64,000 nucleotides of DNA from an uncultured Rivularia sp. GTDB taxonomy: Bacteria; Cyanobacteriota; Cyanobacteriia; Cyanobacteriales; Nostocaceae. The DNA lies in the NCBI GenBank assembly GCA_963665115.1, contig OY762007.1, positions 1,056,001 through 1,120,000 of the forward strand, given 5' to 3'. The notes beneath the pieces were generated by a model that worked only from the letters and a program-made list of their open reading frames with translations, was not told the DNA's origin and did not search any database. This document shows, in pieces, positions 31,622-41,400 of the stretch (position 1 is the first letter of the stretch; the number at the start of each line of letters is the position of its first letter). Position numbers and translations under genes: made by a program.

Positions 31622-31960
31622 ATGGCTTTCGACGCATCTTTAGAAGTAATCAATAACGTAGCTAAAATTACCGTCAACGGAGAACTGGATGCAAGTACCG
31701 CACCACAGTTAAAAACAAAATTAGAAGAAGCTGCTGCCGAAGAACCCAAGCGCTTGGTTTTAATGATGGAAGGTTTAGAATACATGGCTAGTGCTGGCTT
31801 GCGGATGCTGATATTCGCTAAGCAAAAAATGGGTAATGCTGTTGATATTTATATGGTAGGTACTCAGGAAATGGTACTGGATACTATTACCAAAACCGGC
31901 TTTGATAAAAGCGTATTTTTGGTAGATAAGTACGATGAAGCGCAGTTAGAAGCTGTGTAG
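31622..31960 (+). CDS. STAS anti-sigma factor antagonist 2
   Basis: GELDASTAP, LEYMASAGLRML. Confidence 0.93.
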   Translation: MAFDASLEVINNVAKITVNGELDASTAPQLKTKLEEAAAEEPKRLVLMMEGLEYMASAGLRMLIFAKQKMGNAVDIYMVGTQEMVLDTITKTGFDKSVFLVDKYDEAQLEAV

Positions 31961-32180
31961 AAAAAGTTTTTTGGGGAATGCAATAAGGGAGTTGGACAGA
32001 CTTGTTCGCTCGTTACGATCGGGGAGCGAGACGTTGCTACTACCAATAATATTACCCATCAAAATAAAAAAATAATGCTGGGTTGAGTAGAAGTTATATT
32101 CCTTTCTCAGCCCACCTAAAGGCTGCATCAAAGTTGCCACAAAATTAATTAGAAGTCGATTATTACTTGCACAACTGTTT

Positions 32181-32612
32181 ATGGAAAACTTAAGCGTATC
32201 GGGAACACTAGACTCTTTGAAAGCAATTGCAGACTATGTAGTCGAAGCTGCAAAAGCTGCTGGTTTGGATAAAAAATCCACCTACAGATTACGTTTAGCT
32301 GTAGATGAAGTTGCTACTAATATCATTACGCATGGTTATGAAGAAGCAAATTTGTCAGGCAAGTTAGATTTATTTGCTGATATTAATGACTCAGCTTTAA
32401 CTCTTTCAGTAGAGGATACTGGAGCTAGATACGACCCTTACAAAGAGCGTAGCGTTGAAGAAGATTTTGATAAGCCTTTAGAAGAACGTGCTATGGGTGG
32501 TTTAGGAGTATATTTAGCAATTCAAGGTGTCGATAAGTATTTTTATGAGCGGGTAGGAGAGCGAAATAGAAATATTTTTGTGGTAAATTGTCCAGCCGCT
32601 GTAGCTATGTAA
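32181..32612 (+). CDS. RsbW/SpoIIAB-like Ser kinase (HATPase_c_2)
   Basis: LAVDEVATNIITHGY, EDTG..YDP, GGLGVYL. Confidence 0.93.
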   Translation: MENLSVSGTLDSLKAIADYVVEAAKAAGLDKKSTYRLRLAVDEVATNIITHGYEEANLSGKLDLFADINDSALTLSVEDTGARYDPYKERSVEEDFDKPLEERAMGGLGVYLAIQGVDKYFYERVGERNRNIFVVNCPAAVAM

Positions 32613-32913
32613 TGTCCTGGGTTGGATACAGTACAAATTTTGTTTGTAAAAATTAGGACGGGCAGGGATGCTCATCATCTCACTAATATTGTTGAATAAG
32701 AGTGAAATTTGTTCTAGATCCTTCCCCGTAAATATTCCGAGCGACTTTAATCTTTGTAAAACGCCTGTCAATGCGGATTGCATTTAAAAAATCTCTTCTC
32801 AAAATTTGTATCTAGGTGCGTTTCGAGCTTAAAGGGGATGGATATTGGGCATTCTCGCATAATTTAAGTTTTTGAGTTAAGTTGATTGTTTTAAACATTG
32901 TTTGAAGGGGAAT

Positions 32914-34359
32914 ATGGGCGTTAGAAATCAATACGAAAAAGTCGATTATACAGAATTACAATTACTACGTCGGGAAATAGCAGAACTTAGAAATGAAGCT
33001 GCTGCTTTCAAGGCACAAAGTAAACTGCTGGAAAACTTGATATCAATAGCGGGTTCTTCTACAGAAGGGGAAGTATTAAAAGCAGCATTACAAACTACAT
33101 TAGATGTTGCTACAGAACAAACTAACTCGGAGAAAGGAAGTTTATTTCTACTTAGTTCTTCTGGAAAGGTGACTGACGCAATTTTATCGCGCACGGAAGT
33201 TACACCAGAAACGCGAAAAAAACTAATTGGTAATGTATTAGATAAAGGTTTAGCTGGCTGGGTAATTCGCAATCGTCAAATCGGATTAATTACAGATACC
33301 GAAGAAGATGAGCGCTGGTTAACTTTACCCAATCAGCCTTATGTTGTGCGTTCGGCTTTAGGAGTTCCTATTCTTAGTGGTAAAGAATTATTAGGTATTA
33401 TCAGCCTATTACATTCAGAACCAAGACATTTTAGTGAAGAAACGGCTCGTCTGATGCAGCTAACTGCCAATCAAATGGCTTTAGTAATAGAAAATGCTCG
33501 TCTTTACTCCAAACTCGATAAATATTCCAAAGCACTCGATGCCGAACTAGAAAAAGGACGGCAAATTCAAATTGATTTTCTGCCTTACGAAATTATTCAA
33601 AAACCTAATTTGGAAGTAGTAGCTTGTTTTCATCCCGCTCGTCAGGTGGCTGGAGATTTTTATGATACTTTCGAGATTGACAACAATCATGTAGGGCTGG
33701 TAATCGCCGATGTATGTGATAAAGGTGTAGGTGCGGCATTATTTATGGCATTGATGCGTAGTATAATGCGTATTTTTTCATCGCAGAATCAATTACTAGA
33801 AATTCCGTTAACTATCTTAGAAGAAAATCAACCTGTTCAGGCTGAATGGATTGGTGATTTGCATACAAAATTGGTTCATTATAAAGCTCTACAAGCAGTT
33901 TCTCAAACTAATGAATATGTTGCCCAAAATCATTGGCAAATGAGTATGTTTGCTACAATGTTCTTCGGAGTATTAGAGCCAAAAACTGGAGTCCTTACCT
34001 ATATTAACGGAGGGCACGAGCCGCTTTTTATTATCAATAATTCTGGAATAAAGCAAACTCTCAAATCCACGGGACCAGCGGTAGGAATGATGCCCGGAAT
34101 GGAGTTTAAAATGGGGCAAATTCAACTCGAAGAGGGGGACATATTAATTGGTTATACTGACGGTGTAACTGAAGGAAAAAACCCCGAAGGTAAGTTATTT
34201 ACAGATAAAAGATTGCAAACACTTTTAGAACAGCCATCACCTTCTGCTTCTGAATTACTTGAACGTGTTAAAAGCAATTTATTTAATTTTATTGACGACG
34301 CACCACAGTTTGATGATATTACGATGTTAGCAGTGCGATGGACTCCATTCACAAAGTAG
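32914..34359 (+). CDS. GAF + PP2C/SpoIIE phosphatase (RsbU/IcfG-like)
   Basis: GAF (GLAGWV, RSALGVPI), VAGDFYD, IADVCDKG, YTDGVTE, DDITML. Confidence 0.93.
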   Translation: MGVRNQYEKVDYTELQLLRREIAELRNEAAAFKAQSKLLENLISIAGSSTEGEVLKAALQTTLDVATEQTNSEKGSLFLLSSSGKVTDAILSRTEVTPETRKKLIGNVLDKGLAGWVIRNRQIGLITDTEEDERWLTLPNQPYVVRSALGVPILSGKELLGIISLLHSEPRHFSEETARLMQLTANQMALVIENARLYSKLDKYSKALDAELEKGRQIQIDFLPYEIIQKPNLEVVACFHPARQVAGDFYDTFEIDNNHVGLVIADVCDKGVGAALFMALMRSIMRIFSSQNQLLEIPLTILEENQPVQAEWIGDLHTKLVHYKALQAVSQTNEYVAQNHWQMSMFATMFFGVLEPKTGVLTYINGGHEPLFIINNSGIKQTLKSTGPAVGMMPGMEFKMGQIQLEEGDILIGYTDGVTEGKNPEGKLFTDKRLQTLLEQPSPSASELLERVKSNLFNFIDDAPQFDDITMLAVRWTPFTK

Positions 34360-34397
34360 GAGTTAGGAGTTTTCATATTTTATTTTTAATCATTAAT

Positions 34398-34428
34398 AAA
34401 CCCGGTTTTTTGAAAAGCCGGGTTTTTT
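34398..34428. terminator. Probable bidirectional terminator between convergent genes
   Basis: AAACCCGG...CCGGGTTTTTT. Confidence 0.75.
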
Positions 34429-34446
34429 AATATTTCAGAGTTTAGA

Positions 34447-37400
34447 TTAGTTTTCCGCAGAAAATCTTTCACAATCAACGGAAGAAAGCATAGAACTTTG
34501 TGAATTATTCTCAGGCATTTTCGCAACAAATATCACATTACCTTCATCATCAACTACCCATCCAGTAGCTTCGACAATTTGATTTGTTTGATTATCAGTA
34601 CTAACATTGCTAAATTCATTCCTAATATTAGATGAAGATTCTTCTGTTGGTACTAAATCAAATAAGTCTGTATATGTTGTTTCCCCGTTAAATAAATCAT
34701 CGGGGTTTTGTGGTAATCCACCCTTTCCACTAACGACAAAATTGTTTCCGTTGCTAGCAGCACATCCAGCTTTAATTCCAGTTGCTCCGACTAAAGTTGA
34801 CGGTAATTCTACCAAACCAGAAGCAGGATTTACGTTAAGTTGATCTACCGTGACTTCTCCGTTTAAACCAAATTTTGAACTTGCTGTAATATCGCTTTTA
34901 GACGTATTTTGCTCGCGAAATACTAAGCCAAATATATTTTGAGTGGTAATATCAATATCACCACCATTTCCTTGATTTGCATTTGCAATAATATCGCTAT
35001 TTTCAAACGGTAATCCAATCACAAAACCTTGGGAATTATTAATAGTAATATTACCACCGTTAGCAGTATCAAAAGCTGCGGCAGAAATTAAACTATTGTT
35101 TCGCATCAGCAACAAATCTTTGATAGAAAGTGTGATATTAGCACCTTCGGAACCGTCTCCAATTCCAGTTTCGGCTGTTAATTTACCTTGATTTATAAAT
35201 AAATTTTCTGCTGTAATATTTAAGTTTCCTGCTTGTCCTTTTGAACTGCTTACCGTTACTTGAGCTTCATTACTAATTGTAAATTGACTGGTTTTAACTG
35301 TTGCCGAGCCAGCAATTCCACCTTCACTCGATTGTACTGAAAAACCACCTTTTCCAGTTAATTCGATAGATTCTGCGGCGTTAATATCTATATCTCCTGC
35401 AACACCATTAAGAGTAGAAGCAGAAATTTCACTGTTATTTAACTTTAATGAGTTTAAACCATCTAAAGTAATGTTTCCACCATTTCCTGATTCTGTAGTT
35501 GCAGATATTATTCCTTGGTTAGTCAGATTTACATCCGACACTTCAATAAATATAAACCCTGCATCTCCGCTACCTTTACTACTAACTGTTACTTGCCCTT
35601 TGTCATTTAATGTGAGTTTGTTCGCAGTTAGTTTAACAAAGCCAGCATTACCTTGACTTGAAGCTTGGGAACCCAAAGCACTACCACTCTCAATCTGAAT
35701 CGAATCCGTAGCATTCACAGTTACATCTCCTGCTTCACCATCTTTTGTAGAAGCAGAAATAAGACTATTATTACTAACTAGTAAGGATTTTATATTCAAA
35801 AAATCAATTTCCCCACCACTTCCTGTTGGAGTCTCAGCAATAATTTTTGATTGATTATTAACACTCACAGCACCACCCGTGACTTTTAAATCTCCCGCTT
35901 CTCCATTTCCTTGGCTGCTAACTGATACTAATGAATCATTATCAATTGAAAATATTGGTGTAGAAATATTCAAATTTCCAGCTTCACCATTACCTTTTGA
36001 TTCTGCCGTGAGTTTACTACCGCGATTGACAGTTACTGATTCAGTTGCATTAATAGTAAAATCTCCACCTTCACCATCTTTTGTAGAAGCAGAGATTGAG
36101 CTACCGTTATCCAATTCTAAGGTTTTTAAGTTTTGTAAGTTAATATCCCCACCATCATCTTTTAATAGAGTTTCAACTTGGGTTTCAGCAAAGATTTTGG
36201 CTCCATTATCCAGTTTCATATTACTGGCATTTACTTGCAATTCCCCTGCATTTCCAGTACCTCGATTACTGACAGATATTATTGCATTATTATCAAGATT
36301 AAATTGTGATGTTGTAATAGCGATATTACCTGCTTTACCAACTCCCGTAGCTTCTGCTATTACACCACTGCCGCTATCTATATTTATGGATTCAGTGGCA
36401 CTAATATTGACATTTCCACTTATACCATTAGTTGTTGAAGCAGATATCAGGCTACCATCACTTAACTGCAAGGTTTTTAAATCTTCTAGTTCAATATCTC
36501 CACCATTTCCAGAAACAGTCGTCGCGAATATTTCTCCTTTGTTAGTAAGAGTAACATTGTTAGCTTTAATTGAGATAAAACCTGGTTGTATCGTGTCTAA
36601 GCTACTGACGGTAACTTGGGATTTATCGCTAATGCTTAATTTATCGGTGAATATGTTTATAAAACCAGCTTCCCCTAAACCGACTGCTCCTGATGCAACT
36701 TTACTATTATTAGCAATTTTTACCTCATCAGAAGCGTTAAGAATAATATCACCTGCTTCGCTATCTCGTGTAGTCGCAGAAATTTCACTATTATCTAGGA
36801 TAATTGAAATCGCATTAAGATTGATGTTACCTAGTAGGACTAAATTTCCACCAGGATTTCGATCGGATTCACTTTTAAGACTAGAACCATCGACTACAGA
36901 AATAATACCACCACTATTAAGAAAGATGTTACCGCTAGATAATGTTTGTGAATTAGTTGTAATTTGACTGCTAATAATGTCAATATTATTTCGTGAATCA
37001 AAAATAATTTGTCCCGCATTTCCTAAAATGCTATCGGTATTAATATTTCCTTCAACTCTAATATTTCCCCCAGTTAAACTACTGTTAGGATTATATTGAT
37101 TGCTTAAAAACACTAAACCATCAGCACTATCAACTCTAATATTTCCACTAATAACTATATCGCTACTGCTTCCACTTCCCCCCGTATTCGGATTCCTCGG
37201 AGAAAAACGACCATTTCCAATAACACCAGGAGTACCAAATGCAGTAGTACCCGCTCGAATATCTAAAGTTGCTTGATTTTTTCCATTAATATCTAAACTT
37301 TCACCATTAGAAAGAGTAACCGTTTCTTCCAAACCATTCGCACCATCTGCACCCGTAATCGTCACATCACCCGCAATATTGACGCTTCCCCCAGCCAAAA

Positions 37401-38418
37401 TATGCAATGATGCACCAGTATAACTATCAAAACTGACATTACCACTAGCTCTTATTATTGGATCTTTGGGACTTTCTAAATCCCCCAAACTTCCATTTAA
37501 TTTTTCAATTCTGAAACTTCCACCACTAAAATAGCGAGCATCACCAAGTACTGGATTTGAGCTTCGTAAAATTAAATCATTTCCAGAAAATAAACCACTT
37601 GAAGGATGATTTAATGCAAAAATATCTACAGTTTGATTTGCTTGTAAGAATAAATCAGAACCAGCATCAGCGATAAAGGGTGAGGTTTCATTATCGCGAA
37701 TTTCTAAAGTATCGCTTGCTTGCAATTTCAGGTCAGAATCAGCATTCAACTCTCCGGTTAAATTAAGATTTTTTCCTATCAAGTTTAAATCTTTCCCAAC
37801 AGTTAAATTACCTTGATTAATAATATCTGCTTGTTGAGAGCGAGGATATTGTAAACCAGGAGTAAGATTTACCTTTAGTAACGGTACAGAAGACGGATTT
37901 GTTGCGCTAAATTCAAAACCATTATTAAATAAAATACTCTCAGCGGTGGTTGCAGTAAACGAACCAGAAATATCTAAACTTGCACCTTTACCAAAAATAA
38001 TTCCATTGGGATTGAGTAAAAATAAATTAGCATTACCTAATACTCCCAACTTACCAAAAATCTGAGAGGGATTTTTTCCAGTAACCCGAGTCAGGATATT
38101 TTCTATTGCAGTTGGATTGCTAAAATAAACGCTTTTACCGCGATCAATATTGAATTCTTTAAAACTATGAAATAAATTAGAGCCGCGAATTGTACCACCA
38201 TCAATTCTTTGCAACAATTTGGAGGGATTAACTATAGAATTTTCTTTTCCCAGAGTATTATCTGGTGTTAATTGTGCATTTACGGGAAATGCTGCTGGAA
38301 GTAATAATGTAACTGATAAACCGAATAATATACTATAGCGATGAAACATAAAGAAACGGTTCCCGAAAACTCTTTGACTAACCAATTCATTCAAAGGCGA
38401 CATTTTTAGAGTTCCCAA
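34447..38418 (-). CDS. Filamentous haemagglutinin (TpsA-like) exoprotein, short paralog
   Basis: Signal peptide ending VNA-Q, NLFHSFKEF, NILTRVTG, LLNPNGIIFG, beta-helix repeats, GKGGLP and IVEATGW C-terminus; start uncertain. Confidence 0.92.
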   Translation of the reverse strand: MGTLKMSPLNELVSQRVFGNRFFMFHRYSILFGLSVTLLLPAAFPVNAQLTPDNTLGKENSIVNPSKLLQRIDGGTIRGSNLFHSFKEFNIDRGKSVYFSNPTAIENILTRVTGKNPSQIFGKLGVLGNANLFLLNPNGIIFGKGASLDISGSFTATTAESILFNNGFEFSATNPSSVPLLKVNLTPGLQYPRSQQADIINQGNLTVGKDLNLIGKNLNLTGELNADSDLKLQASDTLEIRDNETSPFIADAGSDLFLQANQTVDIFALNHPSSGLFSGNDLILRSSNPVLGDARYFSGGSFRIEKLNGSLGDLESPKDPIIRASGNVSFDSYTGASLHILAGGSVNIAGDVTITGADGANGLEETVTLSNGESLDINGKNQATLDIRAGTTAFGTPGVIGNGRFSPRNPNTGGSGSSSDIVISGNIRVDSADGLVFLSNQYNPNSSLTGGNIRVEGNINTDSILGNAGQIIFDSRNNIDIISSQITTNSQTLSSGNIFLNSGGIISVVDGSSLKSESDRNPGGNLVLLGNINLNAISIILDNSEISATTRDSEAGDIILNASDEVKIANNSKVASGAVGLGEAGFINIFTDKLSISDKSQVTVSSLDTIQPGFISIKANNVTLTNKGEIFATTVSGNGGDIELEDLKTLQLSDGSLISASTTNGISGNVNISATESINIDSGSGVIAEATGVGKAGNIAITTSQFNLDNNAIISVSNRGTGNAGELQVNASNMKLDNGAKIFAETQVETLLKDDGGDINLQNLKTLELDNGSSISASTKDGEGGDFTINATESVTVNRGSKLTAESKGNGEAGNLNISTPIFSIDNDSLVSVSSQGNGEAGDLKVTGGAVSVNNQSKIIAETPTGSGGEIDFLNIKSLLVSNNSLISASTKDGEAGDVTVNATDSIQIESGSALGSQASSQGNAGFVKLTANKLTLNDKGQVTVSSKGSGDAGFIFIEVSDVNLTNQGIISATTESGNGGNITLDGLNSLKLNNSEISASTLNGVAGDIDINAAESIELTGKGGFSVQSSEGGIAGSATVKTSQFTISNEAQVTVSSSKGQAGNLNITAENLFINQGKLTAETGIGDGSEGANITLSIKDLLLMRNNSLISAAAFDTANGGNITINNSQGFVIGLPFENSDIIANANQGNGGDIDITTQNIFGLVFREQNTSKSDITASSKFGLNGEVTVDQLNVNPASGLVELPSTLVGATGIKAGCAASNGNNFVVSGKGGLPQNPDDLFNGETTYTDLFDLVPTEESSSNIRNEFSNVSTDNQTNQIVEATGWVVDDEGNVIFVAKMPENNSQSSMLSSVDCERFSAEN

Positions 38419-38471
38419 ATGTAGAGAGAAAGTAACACCGTTTTAATACGAGTTATAAGATATTCTCTAAA

Positions 38472-41400
38472 TTATCTTCTTTGATATTCACCGACAGCAG
38501 AAAATCTTTCACAATCAACGGAAGAAAGCATAGAACTTTGTGAATTATTCTCAGGCATTTTCGCAACAAATATCACATCACCTTCATCATCAACTACCCA
38601 TCCAGTAGCTTCGACAATTTGATTTGTTTGATTATCAGTACTAACATTGCTAAATTCATTCCTAATATTAGATGAAGATTCTTCTGTTGGGACTAAATCA
38701 AATAAGTCTGTATATGTTGTTTCCCCGTTAAATAAATCATCGGGGTTTTGTGGTAATCCACCCTTTCCACTAACAATAAAATTGTTTCCGTTGCTAGCAG
38801 CACATCCAGCCTTGATTCCAGTTGTTCCAACTAAAGTTGATGGTAATTCGATCAAACCCGAAGCAGGATTTACGTTAAGTTGATCTACCGTTACTTCTCC
38901 GTTTAAACCAAATTTTGAACTTGCTGTAATATCGCTTTTGAGTGTTTTTTTCTCGCGAAATACTAAGCCAAAAATATTTTGAGTGGTGATATCAATATTT
39001 CCGCCATTTCCTTGATTTGCATTCGCTGTAACATCGCTATTTTCAAACGGTAATGCAATGATAAAACCTTGGGAATTATTTATAGTAATATTACCTCCAT
39101 TCGCAGTATCAAATGCTTCTGCGGAAATTAAACTATTGTTTCGCATCTGCAACAAATCTTGGATATAAAGCATGATATTAGCACCTTCCGAACCGTCTCC
39201 AATTCCAGTTTCGGCTGTTAATGTACCTTGATTTATAAATAGATTTTCTGTCGTAATTTCTAAATTTCCTGCTTGCCCTAACTTACTACTAACAGTTACT
39301 TGAGCTTCATCCTTAATGTTAAATTGACTGGTTTGAACTGTTACCGAACCTGCTGTTCCACCTTCACTCGATTGTACTGAAAAACCACCTTTACCGATCA
39401 ATTCTATAGATTCTGAAGCGTTAATGTTTAAATTACCAGCTGTACCGTCAACTGTAGATGCTGAAATTTCACTGTTGTTTAATTTTAATGAGTTTAAACC
39501 ATCTAAAGTAATATCACCACCATTTCCTGATTCTGTAGTAGCCGATATTGTTCCTTGATTATTTAAGTTTACATCGTTGGCATTAATTAATAGATAACCC
39601 GCATTACCACTACCTTTACTACTAACTGTTGCTTGAGATTTATCGCTGAAGCTTAATTTATTGGTGGTTACTTCTAAAAAACCTGCTTTACCGTTACCAG
39701 TTGCAGCTGATTCGAGTTTACTACTACTTTCAATTTTCACTTCATCGGAAGCATTAATTGTGATAAAACCAGCTTTACCATCAACTGTAGAAGCGGAAAT
39801 GTCAGCATTATTACTCAAAATTAGCGAATTTAAATTATCTAGAGTAATATCACCGCTAATACCATTATCTGTAGTAGCAGATATTTTTGCTTCGTTATTA
39901 AGATTTACACTACCAGCTTCGATTAATATATAACCTGGAATTTGACTATCCTTACTACTTACTGTTGCTTGGGAGTTATCGCTTATAGTTAACTTGTTAG
40001 TAGTAATCTCTAAAAAACCGGCTTCTCCATTACCAATTGCAGCTGATTCAAGTTTACTATTACTTTCAATTTTTACTTTATCGGAAGAATTAATTGTAAT
40101 ATTACCTGCTTTACCATCAACTGTAGAAGCGGAAATGTCAGCATTATTACTCAAAATTAGCGAATTTAAATTATCTAAAGTAATATCACCGCTAATACCA
40201 TTATCTGTAGTAGCAGATATTTTTGCTTGGTTATTAAGATTGACATTCGACGCTTTAATCAATACATAACCTGCATTTCCACTACCTTTAGTACTAACTG
40301 TTACTTGAGAGTTATCGCTAATATTTAACTTGTCGGTGGTTATGTCTATAAAACCTGCTATTCCTGTACCAACTGCTCCCGATGCAATTGTACTATCAGT
40401 TTCAATTCTTACTTCATCTTTAGCGTTGATAATAATATCCCCAGCTTCTCCATCAACTGTAGTGGCACTAATTAAGCTATCTCCCTTTACTAGCAAGGTG
40501 TTTAAGTTTCGTAATTCAATATCTCCACTAATACCATCATCTGTTTCTGATGTAAGTTTGGCTTGGTTATCAAGAATGATACTATCAGCAGTAATTATCA
40601 AATCACCTGCTGATTTCTTACTATTAACACTAGCTCGTGACTTATTAATAATGTTAAGTTGTCTGGTGGTGATTTGTAATTCTCCTGCTATTCCTTCACC
40701 TGTTGCTTCTGATGTTATATTACTTGCATCAAAAAGGTTAATGTCTTTCGCATCGATAATTACATCTCCTGCTTTTCCATCAACTGTTGATGCAGAAATT
40801 TGACTATTTTGGTTTAATTGTAGCGATTCCAAGTTATCAAATCGAATATTTCCGCTAATGCCAGATTCTGTTTCAGTTGCGATTTTTGCTTGATTATTAA
40901 TATTTACAATTTTTGCATCTACTAATAAATTACCGGCGTTACTATTTCCTTTACTACTAACAGTTAATTCTGCACCATTGGCAATATTTAATTGTGGTGT
41001 ATTAATCTCAATATTTCCTGCGTTCCCAGTTCCTTCAGTACGGGCAAATATTCCGGAAGCTGCACCAGACGTGACAGTGCTTGTAGCTATACTTGGAGTT
41101 TCAAGAGAAATTTGCAACCCATAATTAATACCGTTAAAAGAAGTAGGAATTCCACTACCATCAGCTTGGTTAACTTTAATCAAATAAGTACCAGGCTCTG
41201 TAAAAGTATATCTCAGATATGGATCTAATCCACCGTCAAGTGACCAACTACCTCCTGCACCTAAGTTATCAGAAGAATTATCGCTCGATGTCAATTCATT
41301 GCCTTGCTGGTTGAAGAGAGTTAGTTTAGCATCTAAATAGTCACTACCTGCGTAATCTACGTCAAAAACTGCTCTTGTGCCAGCTTGTTTTATTTCAATT

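Noticed and set aside
35879..36967. 362-aa plus-strand ORF and similar ORFs at 39661-40803 and 48492-48896
   Set aside because: Antisense shadows of well-supported genes with biased codon usage
34460..38900. Diversity-generating retroelement TR/VR pair
   Set aside because: No reverse transcriptase, both copies are coding paralog ends, and differences are not evidently adenine-specific
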